Shown here one piece after another: positions 57,214-64,000 of a DNA stretch of 64,000 nucleotides. The notes under the pieces are model-generated. The model did no database searches. It had not been told where the DNA came from and was given only the letters and a program-made list of their open reading frames with translations. Position 1 is the first letter of the stretch. The number at the start of each line of letters is the position of its first letter. Made by a program: the position numbers and the translations under genes. Source of the DNA: an uncultured virus (IMG/VR IMGVR_UViG_3300032326_001218) (taxonomy: Duplodnaviria > Heunggongvirae > Uroviricota > Caudoviricetes); IMG/VR virus record IMGVR_UViG_3300032326_001218; one strand, written 5' to 3'.

Positions 57214-57771
57214 ATGAGCAAGAATTTCGACATATATGATTATGTACACAACAACAAATTTAAGTTGAATGTGGAACAACCTAAAGGGGTAAATAAAATA
57301 GCCAAAGGATACAATGATATCCGTAAAACTGCAATTAACGAAGTAAAGATTAAGGATGGTAAATTTTCTATTAAGGAGAATTTAGAACAACCTGATAGAA
57401 AATTATCTTTAGAAGTTAAAAAACACTTTTTAGAAATTATATCTACATACAATACTTTCCAAGACCAAATGAAACGTAATTCAGATATGACTGAAGTTTC
57501 AGAAACATTAGGTGCAATCGTTGAAGCGGCAAAAGAATTATCTTTAAGAGAAGCTAACGATTGGTTCGATGCTCAGACTGTAAAAAGAAATATGAGTGAG
57601 TTGGATAAATTAGGTAAACAATTTGATAAATTCTCTGTTGAAGCAAAAGCTATGGATGAAAGATTACATGCTTTATACGAAGATATGGGTCACATCCTAA
57701 ATCGTTACTATGAAATCTCTGACATCCCAACCGATGTAATGAGAGAAAGACTTGCAATGAAAAAGAAATAA
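57214..57771 (+). CDS. head-region hypothetical helical protein
   Basis: 185 aa with INEV/IKEN/LREA motifs. Confidence 0.65.
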   Translation: MSKNFDIYDYVHNNKFKLNVEQPKGVNKIAKGYNDIRKTAINEVKIKDGKFSIKENLEQPDRKLSLEVKKHFLEIISTYNTFQDQMKRNSDMTEVSETLGAIVEAAKELSLREANDWFDAQTVKRNMSELDKLGKQFDKFSVEAKAMDERLHALYEDMGHILNRYYEISDIPTDVMRERLAMKKK

Positions 57772-57773
57772 TT

Positions 57774-58442
57774 ATGATTAAGTTAGGTGGATTAGTAAAT
57801 CAAAAAGCATTTGGTAAATTTGAAATGGGTAAAGTAATTTCTAATCCATTTGCAACTGCATTCATTAAAGAAGCTGAAGGCGAAGACCACGAAGTTTCTA
57901 TGGGACAAAATCAATTAGATACCATTATTAAGATGGCAACTGAATTGAAAGCTAAAATGGGTGAGAATGAAAAAGAAATCCCAGCTTGGATACAAGACCA
58001 TATTGCTAAAGCAGAAAGCTATATTTCTCAAGCAACTAACAACTATCATGAATACGGACAAACCGAAGCTAGAATAGCTGAAGACTCACCTTGTTGGAAA
58101 GGATATAAGCAAGTTGGTATGAAAAATAAAGGTGGTAGACAAGTTCCAAATTGTGTACCAGAAGGAAAAGTAAACGAAGCTGGTTTATATGGTGGTGTAC
58201 CTAAAATGTATGTAAAATATTTAGCTGTACAAAAGAAAGTTAGAGAATTAGAAGATGCACAAAGAGCTATGGGTGCTAAATACTTCGCTGAAAAGAACCC
58301 AAAGAAAAAGGAAGCTATGATGCCACTTTTGAAAAAGGGAACTAATCAATTGGAAATGTATAGAAGAAATTTGGCAGATATAGAAAGAAAATATATTGAT
58401 AATTTATATAAGGATGTAGAACAAAGTCCTGATTTTGAATAA
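57774..58442 (+). CDS. multi-module head-region protein (MIKL leader)
   Basis: Modules IPAWIQDHI and CWKGYKQVG...VPNCVP separated by IKEA/IAED/VNEA. Confidence 0.65.
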   Translation: MIKLGGLVNQKAFGKFEMGKVISNPFATAFIKEAEGEDHEVSMGQNQLDTIIKMATELKAKMGENEKEIPAWIQDHIAKAESYISQATNNYHEYGQTEARIAEDSPCWKGYKQVGMKNKGGRQVPNCVPEGKVNEAGLYGGVPKMYVKYLAVQKKVRELEDAQRAMGAKYFAEKNPKKKEAMMPLLKKGTNQLEMYRRNLADIERKYIDNLYKDVEQSPDFE

Positions 58443-58459
58443 AAAAAGTATAAAGAAAG

Positions 58460-58491
58460 TTTGGTAATTCCAAACTTTTTTTGTATATTTG
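58460..58491 (+). promoter_or_regulatory. Bacteroidetes housekeeping-sigma-type promoter
   Basis: TTTG (58460) - 20 nt - TATATTTG (58484). Confidence 0.75.
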
Positions 58492-58495
58492 TGTT

Positions 58496-59815
58496 ATGAT
58501 TAAACCTTTCTCTATTTTAGATACTCGTTCTAAAGAATGGCAAGAACGTAAAAGATGGTGGATTAACACCTACAATATCCAATCGGAACTGGGTAGAGAA
58601 AACACCCAAAGTAGAGCCCGTTTTTGGGAAGATAATACCGTTTCCATATTTGATGCTACACTTTGTGAAAAGATGTACGAATGGTTTTGTCCAGAGGAAG
58701 GTAGAGTATTGGACCCATTTGCAGGTGGTAGTGTTAGAGGTATTGTTGCAACTGAAATGGGATACATCTATAATGGTATAGACCTTTCCGATGAACAAAT
58801 TGAAGCAAATAAAAAACAATCTACAAAACCAAATTGGATACAAGGCGATAGTGAATGGGTAATAGATTCAATACAGAATAAAACTCAGGATTTTGTGTTT
58901 ACTTGTCCACCTTATTATGATTTGGAAAAATACACCGATAATCCAGCTGACCTTTCAAATATGGATGAAGATTCATTTGATAAAAAATATTATTCTATTT
59001 TAAGAAAAGCCGCAGAAAAACTAAAAGATAATCGTTTCTTTGCAGTTGTTGTATCAGAAGTAAGAGAACAATCCACAACCGGAAATTATAAGATTGGAAA
59101 GTATAAAGGTTTAGTTTGGAAAACAATTAGAGCTTGTGAAGAAGCTGGATTACATTTCTATAACGATATGATTCTATTCAATTCGCAACACCAAGCATCA
59201 AGAGTTGTTGATACATACTTTGAAAGAAATCGTAAAGTAGCATCGGTTCACCAAAACATTTTAGTATTTGTAAAGGGTAATCCTGATATTGCAACCGAAT
59301 CTATTGTAAATGGTGATACGTTTAAATGTGTGGTTGATGGTAAATCTTATAGAAGTTTTAGAGAAGCTGCAATTGATATTAATCCAAACGAATTGGTAGC
59401 GAGTGAAGTTGAAAGAAGATGCCGTTCAACTAAATCCAAATACAAAGATTGGCAAATTATTGGTGAAGAAACGAATCCAACAATCAAATATGAAATAGAT
59501 GGAGTTCCTTTTGAAACTCCAAAACAAGTGGCGGATAAATTGGGAATAACCGAATCAGAAGCTAGAAACTACTTTGAATCAAATAATCCAGTATATCGTC
59601 ATTGGAAAAAAGTTGAACGTAATGATATCAGTTACGATGAAATGAACGAATTACAATTACGTTCAAAAATAAAAATACACCTTCCAATAATTGAGTGTGA
59701 AGGAATTCAATTCTGCTCTCTTAAAGAAGCCGGAGAACATTTTGGGTGTTCGGATGAAAGAATTCGTCAAAAACTAAAAGATGATAAACACCCATCTTAT
59801 ATTTATCTTTTCTAA
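58496..59815 (+). CDS. DNA amino-methyltransferase (N4/N6 family) with C-terminal NUMOD1-like repeats; start likely ATG 58496
   Basis: VLDPFAGG, FTCPPYY, HQNILVF; C-terminal Y.SFREAA, F.TPKQVA..LG, F.SLKEA..HFG. Confidence 0.8.
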   Translation: MIKPFSILDTRSKEWQERKRWWINTYNIQSELGRENTQSRARFWEDNTVSIFDATLCEKMYEWFCPEEGRVLDPFAGGSVRGIVATEMGYIYNGIDLSDEQIEANKKQSTKPNWIQGDSEWVIDSIQNKTQDFVFTCPPYYDLEKYTDNPADLSNMDEDSFDKKYYSILRKAAEKLKDNRFFAVVVSEVREQSTTGNYKIGKYKGLVWKTIRACEEAGLHFYNDMILFNSQHQASRVVDTYFERNRKVASVHQNILVFVKGNPDIATESIVNGDTFKCVVDGKSYRSFREAAIDINPNELVASEVERRCRSTKSKYKDWQIIGEETNPTIKYEIDGVPFETPKQVADKLGITESEARNYFESNNPVYRHWKKVERNDISYDEMNELQLRSKIKIHLPIIECEGIQFCSLKEAGEHFGCSDERIRQKLKDDKHPSYIYLF

Positions 59816-59853
59816 AAAATTCTTTAGAAAATTACGTTTTTATTAATTTTTAT

Positions 59854-59861
59854 ATATTTAT
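59854..59861 (+). promoter_or_regulatory. ATATTTAT motif heading the scaffold-capsid operon
   Basis: Same octamer as upstream of the other structural genes. Confidence 0.65.
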
Positions 59862-60005
59862 TGATACAATAACGTATTTTATATACGTTTTTTTATTGGT
59901 AAAATGAATACTCTCGTTCTATGAGTAGTGACCAAAACGCCAATTAATAATTCTATTTAAGCTCATATTACAATAGCTTAAGAAATCCTAACAAATAAGG
60001 AAAAA

Positions 60006-61118
60006 ATGGCAAGTTCAAAATTGTTGAAAGAAGCCATCGCAGATGCTAAAGCTGTTCGTGAAACTGCTATTGCTAACGCTAAAATCGCTCTTGAAGAAGC
60101 ATTTACTCCAAGACTACAATCTATCCTTTCAAAGAAACTTCAGGCAGAAATGGCTGATGACGAAGAAGTTGAAGATAAAGTTGAAGAAAATAATGATGTA
60201 TCAAGCGAAATTGGTGGTGGTGATAACAAGCAACCAGCAACTAAAGCAAATGATGATGACACTGACCTAAGTGGTATTGCTAACCAAAGCGCACAAGTAG
60301 GTGCAGAGGTTGAAGACTATGATAAAGTTAAAGACCTTACTGAAAGCGAAGATGAGTTCGGTGCAGAAGAAGAAATTCCTGCAGAAGAACCAGTAGCGGC
60401 AGAAGGCGAAGAAGCTCCTGAATTTGGTGATGATGAAGATGATGACGATGAGTTAGATTTGGAATCAATCATTAGAGAATTAGAAGCACAAATTGCGGGT
60501 GAAGAAGGTGATGACCACCATGAAGAACCAGCAGTAGAAGGTGAAGAAGCACCGGTTGAAGAACCAGTAGCTGCTGAGCCTGCAGTTGAAGCTGAAGAAG
60601 TTCCAACTGAAGAACCAGCTCACGAAGAAGAAGAAGAAATCGACTTAGATGAAATCTTACGTGAAATGGGATATGGTGATGATGAAGAAGAAGTTAAAGA
60701 AGCTGAAGAACCAAAGCATGATGAAGAAAAAGAAAAACTTCAAGCAGAATTGGCAGAAGCAATTTCTACAATCAAATCTTTAAAAGGCACTATTAATGAA
60801 GTAAATTTGTTAAACGCAAAATTACTTTACGCAAACAAATTGTTCCGTTCTTACAACTTAACTAACGAACAAAAAGTAAAAGTAGTTGAGAATTTAGACA
60901 GAACATCTTCTGTAAGAGAAGTTAAATTGGTTTACGCAACTTTAGCAGAAAGCATGAAGTTTACTGGTACTGAAAGAAAAGTAGCAGCTAAGAAGACAAT
61001 GACCGAAGGTTTTGCTTCTAAGCCACAAGCTACAACAGCTCCAGCAAAAGAAATCATCGCTGAAAGCTCAAACGAATTAGCTAACCGCTTTAAGCAATTA
61101 GCTGGTATCGTAAAATAA
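60006..61118 (+). CDS. prohead scaffold/core protein (gp22-equivalent)
   Basis: Highly acidic, coiled-coil ends, immediately upstream of the major capsid gene. Confidence 0.8.
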   Translation: MASSKLLKEAIADAKAVRETAIANAKIALEEAFTPRLQSILSKKLQAEMADDEEVEDKVEENNDVSSEIGGGDNKQPATKANDDDTDLSGIANQSAQVGAEVEDYDKVKDLTESEDEFGAEEEIPAEEPVAAEGEEAPEFGDDEDDDDELDLESIIRELEAQIAGEEGDDHHEEPAVEGEEAPVEEPVAAEPAVEAEEVPTEEPAHEEEEEIDLDEILREMGYGDDEEEVKEAEEPKHDEEKEKLQAELAEAISTIKSLKGTINEVNLLNAKLLYANKLFRSYNLTNEQKVKVVENLDRTSSVREVKLVYATLAESMKFTGTERKVAAKKTMTEGFASKPQATTAPAKEIIAESSNELANRFKQLAGIVK

Positions 61119-61143
61119 ACAATCCATAAAAAAATAAAATAAA

Positions 61144-62799
61144 ATGGCAAATTTTGATTTAGGAAAACTTATGGAAGGCAAAAACCCACAAGCTGTAATG
61201 TTAGCTGAAACTCGTCAGTTAAAAAGCAAATGGGAAAAAACTGGTCTTCTTGAAGGTTTAAAAGAAAGAGAACAACACAGCATGGCTGTATTGTTAGAAA
61301 ACCAAGCAAAGCAATTGCTTGATGAGGCAACTCAAACTGGTACTTCTACTGGTTCTGAAGAGTGGTCTGGTGTGGCTTTACCGTTAGTAAGAAGAATCTT
61401 CGGTGAAATCGCAGCAAAAGAATTCGTAAGCGTACAACCAATGAACTTACCTTCTGGTCTTGTATTCTTCTTAGATTTCAAATATGGTTCTTCTCAAGGT
61501 GCTAACGGTCAGTTCGCTGGTAAATCACTTTTTGGTGGTACTAACGTAACTGGTTCTGCAACTAACTTTGGTAGAACTAATGCAGCTGTTGAAGGTCTTT
61601 ATGGTGAAGCTAGATATGGCTACTCTGTAAACGATGCATCTGCAGCTTCTTTAACTACAACTGCAGCTACAGCTTCTTGGGCTGATGTAGGATTTGACGC
61701 TTCAATTTCTGCTTCAGTAGCAGCTGGTAGAATCATCAAATTAACAGTTTCTAAAGCAGGTGGTGCAAACCAACTTCCTACAACTGTTGATTCTGAAGCA
61801 GTTCGTGCATTCAACGTTACTGCAGTTGGTGCTGGTACTTTAAATTCAAACATTAATGAATTTAACTATGTATCTGGTAACAACGTAGTATTATTCGTAT
61901 CTTCTTCAAATGGTACATTTATTACTACTTCAACTGTAAACTATTCTGAGCAACCAGTATCTTACGATAGAGGTGACTTCGAAGACCAAACAGCTAACAG
62001 TGCAGGTAACACAACAACTGCATTAGATATTCCTGAAATCGATCTTGAATTAAAATCAGAGGCTATCGTTGCTAAGACTCGTAAGTTGAAAGCAGTATGG
62101 ACTCCTGAATTAGCACAAGACTTAAACGCTTACCATTCAATTGATGCAGAAGCTGAATTAACTTCTATGTTATCTGATTACATCTCTTTAGAGATTGATT
62201 TAGAAATTTTAGATATGTTAAAAGCTAACGCATTAACTACTGAATACTGGTCAGCAACAATTGGTGAAGAATACTTAAACAACGGTGCAACTGGTCAAGG
62301 TGCATGGGGTTCTTCAGTTCCTTCTGGAGCAAACACTTACTATACTAAGAACACTTGGTATCAAACATTAGGTGTTAAGTTGAACAAAGTTTCTAACAAG
62401 ATTCACCAATTAACACTTCGTGGTGGTGCTAACTTCGTAGTTGCATCTCCTGATGTTTGTACTATTTTAGAATCAATTCCTGGCTTTACTGTAAACGCTG
62501 ATAAAGACGCTTTACAATTCGCAGCTGGTGTAACTGCAGTTGGTTCTATGAGTAACAGATTCACTGTGTACAAAAACCCTTATATGACTTCTAACGAAAT
62601 CTTAATGGGCTTCAGAGGAAATAACTTCCTTGAGACTGGTGCTGTTTACGCTCCATATGTACCATTGATTATGACTCCATTAGTGTACGACCCACAAAAC
62701 TTTACTCCGCGTAGAGGTGTGATGACTCGTTACGCTAAGAAGATGGTTCGTCCAGAATTCTATGGTAAGATTTACATCAAAGATTTAGCTAATATCTAA
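61144..62799 (+). CDS. gp23: major capsid protein (T4 gp23-like)
   Basis: LLENQ, LPLVRR, VQPM..P.GL.F, AKTRKLKA.WT.ELAQDL.A.H, APYVPL, P..F.PR.G.MTRY. Confidence 0.96.
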   Translation: MANFDLGKLMEGKNPQAVMLAETRQLKSKWEKTGLLEGLKEREQHSMAVLLENQAKQLLDEATQTGTSTGSEEWSGVALPLVRRIFGEIAAKEFVSVQPMNLPSGLVFFLDFKYGSSQGANGQFAGKSLFGGTNVTGSATNFGRTNAAVEGLYGEARYGYSVNDASAASLTTTAATASWADVGFDASISASVAAGRIIKLTVSKAGGANQLPTTVDSEAVRAFNVTAVGAGTLNSNINEFNYVSGNNVVLFVSSSNGTFITTSTVNYSEQPVSYDRGDFEDQTANSAGNTTTALDIPEIDLELKSEAIVAKTRKLKAVWTPELAQDLNAYHSIDAEAELTSMLSDYISLEIDLEILDMLKANALTTEYWSATIGEEYLNNGATGQGAWGSSVPSGANTYYTKNTWYQTLGVKLNKVSNKIHQLTLRGGANFVVASPDVCTILESIPGFTVNADKDALQFAAGVTAVGSMSNRFTVYKNPYMTSNEILMGFRGNNFLETGAVYAPYVPLIMTPLVYDPQNFTPRRGVMTRYAKKMVRPEFYGKIYIKDLANI

Positions 62800-62835
62800 T
62801 CTTGATAGAATCTAACTAACGATTCATAAAAAAAG

Positions 62836-62864
62836 AAGGGGGTGAGAAATCACTCCCTTTTTTT
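62836..62864 (+). terminator. Rho-independent terminator after the capsid gene
   Basis: AAGGGGGTGA-GAAA-TCACTCCCTT followed by a T run. Confidence 0.88.
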
Positions 62865-62914
62865 ATGCTTTTATTTTTATGTATATTTATTAATAGTAAA
62901 AACTCAAATAAATT

Positions 62915-63757
62915 ATGCTAACAGAAATAAGTTGGAATCAATTCCTTACAATGCCTGGTGTTGAAAAACTATCATTAACGGAACAATCTAGACAATATTC
63001 ATTATATTGTGAACAATTAGCACAAGAAAGATTATTCTATTATAATTCAAATCCTTATGGCGGTGGTGGTTCTACGGCAACTACTGATGAATTTCCTGGT
63101 GGTGGTACTGGGGCAGTAACATTTAATGGTACTAATCAATACTTTACTGCATTGAATTCAGATGTAGTGAATTGGTTGCCTGGTACTGGTGATTTTACAA
63201 TTGAGTTTTTTGTTAAAAATGGTAGTCAATCAGTTGGAGCACCTAGAATATTCTCATTAGGATTTGATACTGGTGCAACTATTGGGATTTCACAAGAAGG
63301 TGGTGGTCTTTATGTATGGCCTTATGGAGCTGAATTATTTGGAACATATCCTGCAAACTATGGTAATAGAACTGCTTGGATGCACGTAGCAATTTGTAGA
63401 AGTGGAACAACTACAAAATTATTTATGGGAGGCGTATTAAAAGCTACTAAGACCGGTGATACAAGAAATATTAATGATTCAATTAACCCTGGCTTTGATT
63501 TAAATGTTGGTGTTGATAATCCGGAAGCAATGTTCCCTAATTGGTGGGCTGGTAAATTAACAAACTTCCGTTGGGATAATTCAGCAATTTACACTGGTTC
63601 TTCATTAACAGTACCAACTGCACCATTAACTAAAACGGCAACAACTAAACTATTAATGTTAGGTGGTGGTTCTACAAATCCTGTGTATGATGCAGCTAAA
63701 CTTAATACTTTACAAAACAATGGTTCTGTTTGGGATGCAGAAACTCCATTTTCATAA
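62915..63757 (+). CDS. LamG/concanavalin-like domain protein (possible head decoration)
   Basis: GTGDFTIEFF, WMHVAICRSG...LF.GG, G.LTNFR...AIY...VPTAPL....TKLL. Confidence 0.75.
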   Translation: MLTEISWNQFLTMPGVEKLSLTEQSRQYSLYCEQLAQERLFYYNSNPYGGGGSTATTDEFPGGGTGAVTFNGTNQYFTALNSDVVNWLPGTGDFTIEFFVKNGSQSVGAPRIFSLGFDTGATIGISQEGGGLYVWPYGAELFGTYPANYGNRTAWMHVAICRSGTTTKLFMGGVLKATKTGDTRNINDSINPGFDLNVGVDNPEAMFPNWWAGKLTNFRWDNSAIYTGSSLTVPTAPLTKTATTKLLMLGGGSTNPVYDAAKLNTLQNNGSVWDAETPFS

Positions 63758-63776
63758 TTAATTGGAACAATATAAC

Positions 63777-63811
63777 AAAGGTAGGTGGGTAATTCTCATC
63801 TACCTTTTTTT
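63777..63811 (+). terminator. Rho-independent terminator
   Basis: AAAGGTAGGTGGG-TAATT-CTCATCTACCTTT followed by a T run. Confidence 0.8.
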
Positions 63812-63865
63812 ATTTTACCCCTTTCCAACAATTTTATATTTATAAGAGTATTAAACTGATTTTAT

Positions 63866-64000
63866 ATGGCAGCTGGAAAATATTCTTTTATAATAGAGCA
63901 AGGAGCAACAACAAATTTTCAAATAAATTGGACAGATTCTAATGGAAATCCGGTTGATTTGAGTGGTTATCATGCAAGAATGCAAGTTAGACCTGGTATA
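63866..64000 (+). CDS. 3'-truncated virion Ig-like protein
   Basis: MAAGKYSFIIEQGATTNFQINWTDSNGNPVDLSGYHARMQVRPGI..., after ATATTTAT at 63836. Confidence 0.65.
   Translation, partial: MAAGKYSFIIEQGATTNFQINWTDSNGNPVDLSGYHARMQVRPGI

Noticed and set aside
665..61853. Many 60-160 aa minus-strand ORFs in the track
   Set aside because: They lie antisense to well-supported + strand genes and have no recognisable motifs.
1..64000. Stop-codon reassignment (as in some large Bacteroidetes phages)
   Set aside because: Conserved genes are full length under the standard code, and TAG and TGA end genes at sensible boundaries (e.g. 2747, 13937, 26397, 29540).
1..64000. tRNA or rRNA genes
   Set aside because: Intergenic gaps are short and AT-rich, with no cloverleaf or T-loop signature seen.

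Overview
This AT-rich window comes from a large T4-like (myovirus-type) phage genome. Almost all genes are on the + strand and read with the standard code. The host is probably a Bacteroidetes bacterium: three TTTG-N20-TAnnTTT(G/A) promoters are present, Shine-Dalgarno sites are not apparent, and the envelope proteins look Bacteroidetes-like. From left to right the window holds secreted/outer-membrane protein genes, candidate internal head proteins including an Ntn-hydrolase, a baseplate/tail module, a GIY-YIG protein, primase and a fused Mre11-Rad50, a small reverse-strand ribbon-helix-helix gene missing from the ORF track, and a 2483-aa tail fibre with its chaperone. Next come a mucin-like Thr-rich protein beside a glycosylation cluster (GT-A/radical SAM fusion, GT4-MTase-GT fusion, Aah/TibC-like protein heptosyltransferase, split HldE halves), a 987-aa multi-enzyme protein, and the head module (terminase, portal, prohead protease, scaffold, major capsid) with an inserted DNA methyltransferase. 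Two candidate systems stand out. The first is a phage-encoded protein O-glycosylation/heptosylation system, with Thr repeats and recurring [ST]-G-S motifs in virion proteins as possible acceptors. The second is a family of 'MIKL'-leader polyproteins punctuated by [ILV]-x-E prohead-protease-type sites, one of which would expose the catalytic Cys of the Ntn-hydrolase. An ATA(T/C)TTAT motif precedes 17 gene starts. All assignments come from reading motifs by eye; no database searches were run.
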